From positions 161,262,001 through 161,326,000 of the forward strand of contig OZ024740.1 of assembly GCA_964016885.1 (NCBI GenBank): DNA of 64,000 nucleotides, given 5' to 3'. How positions within the stretch are numbered: position 1 is the stretch's first letter; every line of letters starts with the position of its first letter. Below are positions 32,410 through 48,094 of the stretch, piece by piece. A program made the translations under genes and the position numbers. The notes under the pieces are model-generated. The model made no database searches and was not told the DNA's origin. It was given only the letters and a program-made list of their open reading frames with translations. The DNA is from Eledone cirrhosa. Its lineage: Eukaryota.

Positions 32410-35400
32410 TCAGATTTGCCTATCTGCTGGGTCATTTCTATGTTTAGATATTATTCTAATTTCTATGTTGTCTATCTTACCGTCGTATTGTTGTCTGGCA
32501 TGTTCGTATAGTACTGACCCGTTTTTTCGTCCTTTTAGTTCCCCCCAGTGTTGGTCTATCCTTTCACCTATGCTACGAGCTGTCTCGCCTATGTATGTTG
32601 TTGTCATGTTTCTTAAAGTACCCTCTGTACATCTTAAGCTATAGACTACGTTTCTAGTTTTACAGTTTATCCGGGTGTTTATCTTACATATGATACATGT
32701 TCTATTAGTACAATGGGTTTTCTTAAAAGGGTAGGTTTTGCTGATCAGGGATTTTATGGTGGTTCCTGGCTTTTCTACCACCTTAATCTTTAAGTGGGTC
32801 TTTCTCAGGGCCTTTCTACACTGGTTAGCTAATTTCCCTCCAGGGGTAGCGTCCACAAACATGACACTCTGGTATCTCTGGTTGTCGTACCATGAGGTGG
32901 CTTTCCCTATCTTATGTCTAGCCCTATCTAAGCTATTCCATGATTTGCTCCTGTATAATGGGCGAATTCCTTTCATGTCCAGTTCTATGTGGGTCTTATA
33001 CTTCTCCATGGCTCCTTCGTATACTCTGACTCTGTCTCTTTGGTTGTAGCCAGAGAACTGCATGCGGTTGATGAAGTGTTGGATGTGTCTTTCCATTTCT
33101 GTTGGGCCGCACATGCGGGACACATTCTTCATCACTCGTACCAAATTTGCGATCAGAATATTAAACTTAGCACTACTGGACATTGCTGAGTTTTTGAGTA
33201 TCAGGTATTTGAGTATCAGGTATTTGGAGGCCATGGGTTTAGCATAGTGTGAGTGGAGAATTTGGGCTCTCTCGTCTATAGTGTTAATCTAGAGTTCCGT
33301 GTCTAATACAGGTAGTCTATTGTTAGGGTGTTTGGAAGGGTAGTCGATAGTTACAGTTATACTCTGGTGTATGGAATTAGCTATTTGCTGGATGCTTTCC
33401 ATTGTGCTACGTTCTAAATAAAACTTGTTAGTGCTCTCTAGAGGGGATGTTCTTATAACTATATTGATATCGTCTACATAACGAGAGTACATGATGAGGT
33501 CTATGGAGCTCTCATTAAGGAGATCTTTAAGTCTCCTTTCCCACCATACCATGAAAAGGTTGGCAACATCACCAGCTATGCTGACGCCAATGGCTGCTCA
33601 CTCATTTTGGGTGTAGATCTTCTCGTTGAACTTAAATATGTGGCCCTTTAGGGTAGTTTTGATACTAGCCCCTATTGCATGTGCGACCATTTTTCTTACC
33701 TGATCATTGTTTTGGGGGGTCCGTATAGCTTTGGTCCACCCAATGCACCTTCCCATGGGAGTCTTTTTTGTCATTGAGGATATGGTGGGGGGTCTACTTC
33801 TTATGGGTCTACTAGGGCAGAAACGTCTAAGGTCATGGCTGTCTAGGTAGTCAGTGTCGTAGGTAAGTCTACGTAGGAGGCCCAGTTCATCTGTGTCGAC
33901 GTCGCAGAACTCCACCTCACTCTCAATGATCATCTCCACACATTCTTTCACAGCAAAATCAATGTTATTGGATGGGTACAGTGACATCACATCCATGCTG
34001 CCTATTATGCAGTTGGATAGGTTCCTGTTTTTGTTGCACTCACTGATTCTGCTGAGGAGGTCCTCTGTACTGTCACATACATCTGGGGACATTTTGATTA
34101 TGGGGCGTATAACCATTGAGAAGAAGTAGGAGATCCTGTAGTTACTAGCTATATTAGCTCCGTATACGGGTCTTGTTGGTGGTCCTGTTGTCGGGTCGTC
34201 GACTGTCTTGTGGTCTATGCGGAGCCCATACAAGGGTAGTATGCCATTGTTGGACGCCTGGAAGTTATTGGTAGTGCGTCTTCTTGGCTTTAGGATGTCA
34301 GTCCACACCATCATGTGAGCGTTGAGGATTTTCTCTCTCCCATCATGTGTTTGTTGTGCAATTTCGCTCGTGTTGGTGATGTGGGGTTGCATAGCCTTGG
34401 TGTAGTTCGGCATGCTATTTATTGACATCCTACCAGACTTATCCGTGGGTATCGTACTACCTCACCATCCCTTGTGCGCTGCTTGAGGCTAACCAAGCCT
34501 TCTACAGGTTTCCTCCCAAGTTGTTGGGCCTCTGGTCTGCTCTGTCTCTTAGTATACCGGTCTACTATTTGTCTAAGCTTATTTCTAGCTATGGTGAACT
34601 GTGCCTCTGTCTCGTCATCTATTTGTTGTGGTATGCAAACTCTTTTATTAAAGAGTAACCTCGTAGGATAGATATTACCCATCTTATATGTTTTGTCAGC
34701 TGGGTTGAAAAATAGTTTCTCTAAGGGGTTGTCATTATATCTATCGTCATAGTTGTGTGTATTGCTATTATTGTTATCATGGTGGTTGTTGTTGTTCCTA
34801 TCATTAGCATTATTATTATTGTTATGATTGCTAGATGTATTGTTGTTTACTTCACCGTTATTGTTGTTGTTACTGTTATTTCTACCATTGTGGTTGTTAC
34901 TTTTATTATGTTTCTTGTTTTTGTTGTGTCTATCATTAATGTTGCTACATGTATTATTTCCATTATTACCACTGTGGTTGTTGTTGTTGTTGTTCGTATT
35001 GTTACCGTTATTACTACTGTGGTTAAATGTTTCTATTATTATTATTATTGTGGTTGTTGTTGTTGTTCTGTCTATCGTTAGTATTATTACCATTATTACT
35101 ATTTCTCACTCTCCTGCTATTGTTATTGTTATGGCTGTTATTTCTATACTCAGAGTTATTGTTTATATTAATACTACCGTTATTATTGTTGTTGTTGTTT
35201 ACTTTTGCATTCCAACGTATTTTTGTGAAACACTTTCCAGCTCCGTTTTACACTCCATAGGGTTAATCTTTTTGTAGATGGCAAATTTTGGTGGTAGCTG
35301 CAGGATTTGTTGTTCTTGTTCACTGATTAAAGTGTTCCCATAAATATTTACTGTGTGGTCATTGGTAAATTCTTCCGGTAGTTTTACATCAGTCATATGG

Positions 35401-35651
35401 ATATTGTTGATGTTATCTGGGTATTTTTGAGAATATTCTATTTTCCTTTCTTGTAGTTTTTTCTTATTCATCCATTCTAATTTCTTATTGAAATGCCTAT
35501 TGCATTCGTTTCGAGCGTATTTCGTTTCACGTTGGATGACGCTCATGAAGTTATCCCTCTCGTTTGGCGTGGTGAGATTTCGGACTTCCTTACCGTTAAT
35601 GCGTTTCTGTCTGTAAAGTTCGTTGACTTTTGTGTATGTTGTTCTTTTCAT
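32410..35651 (-). pseudogene. PLE RT-GIY-YIG polyprotein, fragmented, with an Asn-rich low-complexity insert
   Basis: Motifs LQLPPKFA, PTRPV, STEDLL, GSMDVMSLYPS, YSRYVDDI, LPVLD, SGYN, FVDATPGG and KVVEKPG; then C..C..C, NVVYSLRC...YIGETARSIGERIDQH. Confidence 0.9.
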
Positions 35652-36111
35652 ATTAACTGTTATTGTGTGTTTTGTGTGCCAGACAACAACACGACGGTAA
35701 CATAGACAACATAGAAATTAGAATAATATCTAAACAGAAATGACCCAGCAGATAGGCAAATCAGAGGGCCAGTGAAATAGAACTTAGAAGGCCAAGACTA
35801 AACAGAAAGAATGAATGGAATAACAACAACACCCAAACAAACAACACTGACCTAAGAGAAGTATAAATAAATAAATAAATAGATAAATAAATAAATAAAT
35901 ACATACACAAGCACAATAACAACAAACACATATAAACACACACTAGTAACCCAATCACGAACACACATCAAACAAAACACTATACACACACGCAAACGCA
36001 TGCGCAAAGAAGACAAAATAAAATAAACAAACAATAATTAAATAAATAAATATATAGACAAGACTAAATAAAAATGGCGTAGACATACAATACAACGGGA
36101 GGAAACAATAG

Positions 36112-36155
36112 CACCACTGACGATGTTGCAAATGTGCAACGAAAGAACTTTGATA
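36112..36155 (+). ncRNA. Hammerhead family D in PLE-4 pLTR (partly degenerate; stem-II-shortened twin at 32021-32058 on minus strand)
   Basis: acca CTGACGA tgttgca-aatg-tgcaac GAAA gaactt tgat; stem I is imperfect. Confidence 0.55.
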
Positions 36156-36434
36156 AACTATATATATGTGTTTGTGTCTATATTGTATCTGTATTATTTT
36201 TGACCGTTGGTCAGTCAATGGCAACATTGAGGACCGAATAAATTAGATTACCGATATAAAAGAGACAGAAGCGAAAAGCGAAAACCAACCAAACAAACAG
36301 TGAGTGTGTTCTGTTATTAATTCTGGCAATATTACACAAATATGACCCTCCCCAAGTATAACAATATTTGTTTCGACACACGATTTCATATAAAAAACCT
36401 CGCAAAACTAATTCATCGCCGTTATATATATATT

Positions 36435-36555
36435 TACGATCTGAGTTCAAATCCCGCCGAGGTTGACTTTGCCTTTCATCCTTACGGGGTCGATAAAATA
36501 AAGTACCAGTAATGCACTGGGTAATTGCTGGCCTTGTGCCTAAAGTAGAAACAGT
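36435..36555 (+). mobile_element. SINE 3' part, dispersed family
   Basis: ctgagttcaaatcccgccgaggttgactttgcctttcatccttacggggtcgataaaataaagtaccag. Confidence 0.8.
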
Positions 36556-36571
36556 TATATATATATATATA

Positions 36572-38015
36572 TGTATAATAAACAATACAATATAATTACC
36601 TCATTACCAGAGGTTTCCCGAATAAGACGAATACGAAAAACGTCCTCATTAGTTCGTCGGACAGGCAATTTAAAACAGTGAAATATTTGAAAAGTCTCCT
36701 CAAGAAATGCAAGAGTTTCACGGGAAAAGATATATAAATAAAAGTAATGCAAGAGATATATTAAAAAAATAAAGAAATATAGTTAGGGTATGTGTATATG
36801 TATACACTCACAAATGTACATATGTGTGTATGTACAAATGCATGTGTATGGTGAAAATGTGTGCGTAAGTACATATATGAGGGCAAATACGTATATAATA
36901 TGAGTTGAAAAAGAAATTGTATGATAATATAGTTAACACGCATCCAGATACAGGTATTAAATGCATATACGAGTATGAAAGCACGCGTAAAAACACAAAC
37001 ACACGCACGGTCACTTATATGCGGAAGATAAAGAGGGAAGGGAGTGTAATAGTAAAAAGAAGTGTCATTCTCGATATATGTATAAAAATGAAACAATATA
37101 TGAGAATGAAAAATGTTTTTAAATCAAAGAGAAAGTAATCAATTAACACTAGAGAAAAGAAAACAAACATAGGTACGCACGTACACACACATATATATAA
37201 AAAAATATTTATACACACAAATACGTACAGACAAAAGCGCTTGCATGCGTACATACATACACACGAGGCACGTATATATATATATATATATATCGCCACA
37301 TTTATATCTAATCACACGTACGTACGCGACTATATATATATATATACATATATACATACACACCCATACAACATATAGATATACACACATATATATATAT
37401 ACATACACATACACATACATTCACCTGCATACACACACACTTATAAATAAGTATGTCAAAAACATAGATATAAAAAAAAACATAGATATAAAAACACACA
37501 TACACACACATATATATACGTACGCACGCACACATACGGAGGCGTTCGTATACATATACAGAACGTATACACACATAAGCACACTCACACACATAGATAC
37601 AGATTATAAACCAGCCGTATGAATAAATGAGTACAAATATAAAATCGGTTGCGAAACAACAGAATATATCTGGAGTGGAAAACGCAAGTGACCGGTATTA
37701 TCAGGTAGTGAAAGAAAATGGGGAAGTAAAATTTCCTTATTTTGTTATATATCTCTTGCATTACTTTTATTTATATATTTTTTGCCCGTTAAACTCTTGC
37801 ATTTCTGAGGAGACTTTTCAAATATTTCACTATGTTTTAAATTGCCTTGTCCGACGAACGAATGAGGACGTTTTTCGTATTCGTCTTATTCGGGAAACCT
37901 CTGGTAATGAGGTAATTATATTGTATTGTTTATTATACATTAAATTTTGCTCTGGTACTTACATAGAGCACTCTTCACTCCTATGACTTTTTCAATTTTC
38001 AACGGAAACTTCAAT
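36572..38015. mobile_element. Non-coding element with ~190-bp inverted arms each carrying a family E HHR
   Basis: 36572-36760 is the reverse complement of 37746-37940. The ~1-kb interior is low complexity, and (TA)n lies on both sides. Confidence 0.75.
37844..37913 (+). ncRNA. Hammerhead family E (CCGACGA core variant); twin at 36598-36666 on minus strand
   Basis: ccttgt CCGACGA a cgaatgaggacg-loop-cgtcttattcg g GAA ACC-tct-GGT A atgagg; all three stems pair. Confidence 0.65.
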
Positions 38016-38140
<125 letters not shown>

Positions 38141-38439
38141 TACAACTCCACCGAAAAACACCCTTTAATATCACTATTGTCGAGTTTAAATTAGCAAAAC
38201 GCTGCTGCCTACGATTTTTCGTACGAGATCCAGAAGATCCCGATGTTTGCAAAAACCAGGCAAAGGTAACGACAGGACGAAAATGGACTGCGAGAAAAAC
38301 CGGTAAGTAAGCAGAGATTATCTTGGGAATGAAATAGATGCGATTTGCAGTGCAGAACACATCATCATGGCTATGGGGAAACACAGAAAAATTGGATATC
38401 CCATCAAAATAACATAAGAAGAAGAGAGGTTGTTCTTGG

Positions 38440-39080
38440 ACAACATGAGAGACGGCGGAGCATTAGAAAGCTGTAGCGGAACAGATTATAGAAAATGAAG
38501 CCGATCAAGGTGGAATTTCTCCTGAGAGCAGTGTGTGATGTGTTCCCATCCCCAACAAATATTAGGCAGTGTGACAATGTTATCAATAGTGTGTAGATTA
38601 TGCATCGTTGGAACACAAGCTGGCAATATGTAAACAATCCCTTTGGCAAAAGAACCAATTCAACTGATCCTCAATAATGCATTACAAAGAAATGCGGAAC
38701 TGCTAATGCCAGGAGATCCAATGCAAGACCCCATGCTGTTGCTGTCCACAAAGAGAGTAAGAAAGTACAGCAATGAATGGAATGTACATGTTGACCTAAA
38801 TAAGCGCTAATAATCTCAAGTTATATTGCTATAATAAAACTACACCCCGACCTCATGGCATGGTCTCACATGATAAAAAATGTCCTGATTGGGGAGTTGT
38901 CTGTGTCTTGGGAAGACAATATGGAGTAGGCTCATGAAAGAAAGTACATGAAGAACTAAAAGAATCGTATGAGGGACGACGATAGCAATTGTGGCGGGTT
39001 GATGTGCATTGTTGGCGAAACTGACCTAGATGGCTGGAAAAGTGAGTACAAACGTGATTCAAGTCATGGAAAGGGAGGCA
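38440..39080 (+). mobile_element. Relic of an RLE-type non-LTR retrotransposon (HERO/NeSL-like C-terminus)
   Basis: Manual translation gives FLLRAVCDVFPSPTN at about 38515 and HPDLMAWS...VLIGELSVSWEDNME*AHERK at about 38843-38945. Confidence 0.6.
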
Positions 39081-39619
39081 AAAATTACTTCAATATGTGT
39101 ATGGAAAAATCATGTGAGACACTACAATGAACGTTTTAACATCAACAATTCATCAGAAAATGTATAATTCCTAGATATTTTAATAGTGGTGGTGATAAGG
39201 AGTGGTTATTATGTTGACCAATGGATATCGAACAGTCTCTGGTTGTACATAAATGTCACCTGCCATTGACTTAGAAGTGATCATCTATAGACTAGATAGA
39301 ATAGAATGTATTCAAGTCAGGGCGGATGACAGGTAATAAATATATTTAGTGTAAGTTGTATCCATATGACCATTACAGATAAAGTTGAAGATATGGAATT
39401 GGCAAGTATAAAGTAGAGATATAATAAATTATGTTAGTGCTATCGTTGTTGGTTTGGCAGTTGTAGATAACATTGAAATTAAGAACAAACAGGTCTATGT
39501 AATAACGATTTGCTATTCGAGGTAGGATTGGTAAAGGATTGAAGTGAGTGTAGAGTTATAAGTTCCAATCCTGGTTTAGTTAGGGTTATAATTAGAGAAT
39601 GTTTTTAGGAACTTCTGTT

Positions 39620-40190
39620 TACAGTTGAATATCCTATCTTCAATTCAGTACATTATTTCCTGTTAATATTTCCAGTACTTCCATCGCACAAATATTACAA
39701 TCCCTTCTTTCACTTCGATAGGGGTGAGCAAATCGTAGAAAATCCCACGATAGATTATATTTTATTTTCTAATTTCCATATACTAAGGCAGAAGATGTTC
39801 TGAGATCCTGATTTTAAAACGAATGGGATTTTTTCTTTAAAAAAGTTTGATGTTGATCCCACATATGGAACTATGATGTTGTTCATGCAGTTTCCGGATA
39901 GTGGGCAGTGGTCGGGTTTTCGACAGCTACAACGTACCAGTGCTTATAATCAGTTTTTTCCTTCGGGCTAGATGATTTAATAACCCCACAGTTACTACAG
40001 TATATGGAAAGAATATATTAGTTTGCGCTTGAAATAGCAGGAAGAGAGTCTTAACGTTTCGGATGGTAGTCTGTCACCAGAAGAAAAAATGAGAGATTTG
40101 ATCGTTGGATTTTCAAATTGGATTTTCACTCTGAAACTGGATCTACATCCGGAGTTTACCTGAACTTCCATCAGGAAATCTTTTCGTGTG
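39620..40190 (-). mobile_element. PLE relic (GIY-YIG end, same type as PLE-1/2) with degenerate HHR upstream
   Basis: Minus-strand pieces read CSCRKPDHCP, YVGSTSNFFK and W.FLRFAHPY...CNICAMEVLEI..NVLN. An HHR-like tctt CTGGTGA...GAAACGTT aaga lies at about 40047-40085. Confidence 0.6.
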
Positions 40191-40209
40191 TATATATATA
40201 TATATATAA

Positions 40210-42061
<1,852 letters not shown>

Positions 42062-42109
42062 GTGGTTTCTTTTCTCTCTCGTCTATCTTTATATTTCTTC
42101 TCTCATTAA

Positions 42110-42148
42110 ATCTTCCGATGAAGGACTGTCGTCCAAAACGTTCAAATT
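42110..42148 (+). ncRNA. Degenerate hammerhead in a solo pLTR-like island
   Basis: CCGATGA a ggac-tgtc-gtcc AAAACGTT; G12->A, probably inactive. Confidence 0.45.
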
Positions 42149-42235
42149 GTTTCCATGCTGTATAAAGCATTAAATCAATATATACCACTTTTGTACTCTT
42201 TGTTCTTCCGTATTGTTTTTCCTTGACTTTTCACG

Positions 42236-42282
<47 letters not shown>

Positions 42283-42499
42283 ATATATATATATATATAT
42301 ATATATAGTGCCGGAAGAAAGTGCCCTGTTTTATATAACATGAATAGACAATTGCATCGTTATCTCATCAGCTATTTTGCTGGCAGTTCATTCCACGCAT
42401 TAAGGTAGTACTGCACGTGAATTGCTAGTTTGCACAATAGATCGGACCCAATCTGTCAGAGTGATGCTTCTGAGACGATAACAAAAAGAATGGACAGGA

Positions 42500-42790
<291 letters not shown>

Positions 42791-42862
42791 CTATTAAGCT
42801 CTGTTACCTACATAGAGCACTCTTTTTTCCTGGACTTTTCCGACGGAATTACTTCATTCATT

Positions 42863-42929
<67 letters not shown>

Positions 42930-45229
42930 CTTATAAGAAGAGATTAAAGTTTAAGCAAGAATCGTTGCTTTCGTCCTTAATGGGAAGTTCTTTGGATTTT
43001 AATCTTCACATTTATCATTATTATATATATATATTCCTTTTAAACTTGAGCAAGATATATCTGGGATAAATAGTTATAATTTTCAGTTTCCCACTGTATC
43101 GAAACGCAGATGTCGCTTTCTTAATATAATCCTATGGTAATTGCAAGACACATTGTACAACAAAACAAAATAGCTCTTATATTTCAAATATCAATAACGA
43201 TTTGTTCAGCTGCATATTTGTACAGCTGGTTAAAATTGCTACAGGATTATTAACGCAATTTCATTATAAACCCTAGTACCTTACTGCATTTGTTAACACA
43301 TTATTAATGTAAACACGCCTAAATCCACCAGAAAAAGAACAATTAGTTACCACTCAGGATTTCTATAGCTTTATATGAGAAATTGTTTTCAAATAAAATA
43401 TTAATCAACTCTCTAAACAACGACCAAGGAAGATTTTCACTAATCAATTTCTATCTCCAGCTTTAATAGCGTTTTTAATAGTTGAATACCTACTGAACTT
43501 AAAGATCCGATTTCATTACTGAATTTAGAATCGTTTCTAGTTTAGTGTTTGCGCTTTAGAAATGTTGTTTCCTGGCACGAGGAACACTTCACTGATTTTA
43601 AAGTCAGTTAGCTATATGAAATGAGCAAATTCTGATTTGTTAACAACGTATTGGTTTACTTGATATCTTCACTCTGAAAACCTGACTGAGAGTAGTAAAA
43701 CAGGGAGTGGAAGTTAGGTATTTTCAATGAGAATATATATAGTTGGTATGAGAATGTCAGTGGCCATGCAATTGATGTTCAGCTGGACTGTAGAAAAATT
43801 TGAGCAGTGTTGGTTTTTTTAGAGAAAAGTAATTTCGAGGAGGAATGAATGAGCAAAATGTTCAGTGCAAAGATTAGGAGGACGATACACAATAGAGATT
43901 ACGGCATGAAATGGAGCTAGTGTATCAGATGGTTCGCAACTTGCTATATCAAAGGGTTCGGGATAGTAAGATAATTTATTGCTGTGCTTTTTTATGGCAT
44001 TTGTTGCTCCTTTGCATCAGGTCAGACCTGATCCAACACATCCATGGTAACAAGCATTCCAATCTTGACCATCCAAATTTGTTCTAAAGGATATTGTGCC
44101 TAGGACCATACTATTGAGGATTAGGATATAATTTTAGAGACAATTGGATGCTATTTCTAGCATGTCTATTGAGAGTTCGTATGAGTTCTTTTTCTTTGTA
44201 GCAGCATTCTCTTAGATAAGTGCTTAAAAGCTTCATCGTGGTCAAACTACTGTGCTGAATGTCTTGCGTTTTTGTATAGTATCACCTTTTTATTACATAC
44301 CACAACGCTATCAAGAAATGGGTCGTTTTGTGTCGCACAAACGAAGCGAAAGTAGTCTTCATAACGGTGATTCTTCTGGTTTTAACTCAATTCGTGTGGC
44401 ACTACAATTTAGTTTCTCCCAGCCGATTTTGTTTCTTCACAACTTTCCTAATACATATTTTACAGGGATACATTTTCAGTGATGTAGGTTACGATTATCT
44501 TCATGAATATAACTTGTACACATTTTCTACCTATTAAGTGGCGTTACGTCCCTTTAGAAAATCCTTGATATTATTTTTTACCAACATGAAATTTGAAGGC
44601 ATGAGGAAAACATATCCGAGTTTATGTGTAACCAATGTTTTAAACAATTCATAGAAAATTTCATAAAAATATGCATTATTAAGAAAGTTATACGGAAACA
44701 AATACAGGTGGTGGTGGTATAAATTTTAGTTATTCCACATAGGTCATGTAAGATAGTAAACAGATTCAAAATATACAAATCAATCATTGAATGTTATTTG
44801 CAGAAATTGTCATTCGATTCACTTAAAAATAAGACAATATATTGAAAACCTAGATCAGGTAAGTTGCTAACACACAAACTCCAGTGAGGGAATTTTAATT
44901 TTAAAAAAAAGAACATTATTGTGATAAACGGAAATAATCAAGTCTGTCTTTCTACAATGGCCAGTTATCCAGTTATCGAGGCGCCTGCATATAGAGATTT
45001 CTTCCATTATAGTTGTTAGGTGCTTACATTTTTAATGGAATAAGATTCTCAAAGTGGATGCTACCACCACCACCACCACCACCCCGGTGTGTGTGAGAAA
45101 GCTGGGGCCTAAGGAGGTGGTGAGGGTAGAGATGATATAATAACATATTATATGTAAATATAGTAAAATAAAAAGTATATAATACTTATTTATACATAGT
45201 ATATATTATATTTATTGTATATAAAGTAA

Positions 45230-45410
45230 CGATGGCAGATCGGTAGAGCGTCTGACGCCATGCTTTGCAGCAAAGAGTAACGGCCCTTTACGATCTGAGT
45301 TCAAATACCGCCGAAGTTAACTTTACCTTTCATCCTTTCGGGGTCGATAGAATAAAGTACCAGTAATGCACTGGTTAATTGCTGGCCTCGTGCCAAAAGT
45401 AGAAACAATT
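45230..45410 (+). mobile_element. SINE, dispersed family
   Basis: ggcagatcggtagagcgtc...ctgagttcaaataccgccgaagttaacttt...gtcgatagaataaagtaccag. Confidence 0.78.
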
Positions 45411-45892
45411 ATTTATTATATATTATTTACAATTTGCGTGTAGGCAGGTCTCTCTGGAAATAGGGTTCGGGGTGCTGAGGGTATTACATGACCTTAAGGA
45501 GGGCGGCGGCCCGAAAAGTTTGTGAACCTTTGGGCTAAATTGTCCGCTTACTAAACTTTAAAACTGGTAAGCCTGAGTAATATTGGTGAGGTAAAGTCAC
45601 CACTGATATAAATATATACGCATATATAATATGCGTACACACATGTGAGACGCTAATTTCAATGCAAACTTGAAGGTTGTAAACTTCGTGGCCAGAATTG
45701 TTATATCGGTCGCACAAGTATGACACTTCTACGTCGATTAGCTATGTACTTACTTCATCCAGTGAATGAAAATAAAATAATAAATAGGTCTACATTTGTT
45801 GATAACACTACAATTTTGTATAGAAATCTACTTAAAATAAAGTAAACATCTATAGATGTTCCACTTATTACTGAATATATATAAAATATTGG

Positions 45893-46085
45893 TTTCTGAC
45901 TCAGGCACAAGACCAACAATTTTGGGCAAATTAAAGTCGATTAAAAGACCCCAGTGCATTACTGGTACTTTATTTTATCGATCAGGTAAGTTTAAACGGC
46001 AAAGCTAACTTTGATACAATTTGAACATTAGATCGTAAAGGGCCGTAACTCTATGTCATAAATGATGTTGTCCGATACTGCCAAT
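45893..46085 (-). mobile_element. SINE, dispersed family
   Basis: Reverse-complement match to 45230-45410. Confidence 0.7.
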
Positions 46086-47061
46086 AAATATCAACATGCA
46101 GTCAAACATGATTTCCTACTACACCCATGATACGTTAAGTACAACCACTGTTCATGACGAATACGCTACTAAAACGTAACATCCCAAATGGCTTTCAAAA
46201 TACCGGTGTAAAACTAATTATGTCACCGGTGTAGCGATTTCATATAACCCACCCGATAACTTGTTGGGTTGCGGTTTATAGGTCTTAGTAGCAACACAAG
46301 TGGGGAGCGATATATTTTAAACATAGAATCAACTAGTATCAAATAAATATCAAATTCCCATTGTCACTGCCTCCGCCTCTTCTCGCTACAAGTATGACCA
46401 TTTCTATTTTAAAGATGGAAGCATGAAGTCTTCGAAGCGTTAACACGTGTATTTAAGAACACTGCTGTTACAAACTAAGCATAAAGATATAAGAAAATAC
46501 GATGAATCCTTAATGAAAGTGATAAAACTGGAACACAGTCGTATTTTCAACGCAGTGTATGTACACGCGTGTTGATAAATACATTAATGCAAACAAATAT
46601 CAAAATATATTGGTTTTCAATTTCTAACCTACTATGCGCACACGCATACATATATACTTATATGTGTGTTTGCATATATAAATATTTATACACACACACA
46701 CATATTCATATATATATATGTGTTTGTGTGTGTGTTTGTGTGTGTGTGTGTGTACCAGGAATGAATAGATGAATGAAGTAGAATGGAAAATCGTACATAA
46801 CAACTATATTATACTAGTGGTCATAGTTATCTCCAGTATTTGGCTATCTCAACTTAAATACCATTAATTATAAGAATCGCTATTCTGTTAAAGAACAAAA
46901 GAATGTATTTTTATGCGAATTCTTTAAAAACTTTATTACGCTAAAAAAATCAACTTCAAATGTCTTTATTTCTTGTACACAATCTATCATTTTATCTCAC
47001 ACCCAGACCATCTTCAGTCTGACTCTAGCTTTCTCTAGCCTATCTTCTTTCTTTTCCTCGT

Positions 47062-47420
<359 letters not shown>

Positions 47421-48063
47421 TACTCACTCACACACACATACATATATTACAAATGCATGTGTATAAGTGTGGTTGTATGTTTGCATATATATCTATATGT
47501 AGATACACATAAATATTTGCATATACTTCTATTACAAATACTTTTACGTATGGATTCATGTTTCAATGCATATGTTTGTGTGTGTATGTGTGTGCGTGTG
47601 TATATGTGTGTGCGTATGTGTGTGTGTGTGTGTTGTTGTACGTTTGCGTGTGTGTATGTGTGTGCTTGAGAGTGTAGAAAAATATAAAATTATTTTAAAA
47701 TAAATTTTCCTAACTCTTACTCTCCCCCACCCTTTTCTCTTTTTCTCTGTTTCCTTCTCATAGTCACTCCTCCACTTCCTCATTCTTACTTTAGTACTAA
47801 TCTTTACATGGCCACATGTAAAGATAAATATGTATATATTTATGTTTGTATATACGTGTGTAAGTTTGTGTTAAAAACAGAATTTAAAATTCATTGTTTT
47901 ATTTCTTCAAATCGCATATTTTCTATCCTCATGCATTATTTATCGATGTGTGTGTTGCTTTGTGCGCGCGTATGTGTGTGTGTGTATTTGCTTCCCACTT
48001 ACGTATATATGTATATTCCTCACAGTATGCAAGTAAGTGGGCTTTTGTATTTGTGTATATGTT

Positions 48064-48094
<31 letters not shown>

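Larger units (their letters stand above)
31810..36365 (-). mobile_element. Penelope-like element PLE-4 (C-terminal GIY-YIG) with ~650-bp inverted pLTRs
   Basis: About 31810-32465 is the reverse complement of about 35705-36365; the pLTR includes the last codons of the ORF, as is typical of PLEs. Confidence 0.9.

Noticed and set aside
31810-36365. DNA transposon with long TIRs
   Set aside because: The interior encodes a PLE RT/GIY-YIG and the repeat includes the ORF 3' end, so it is an inverted pLTR.
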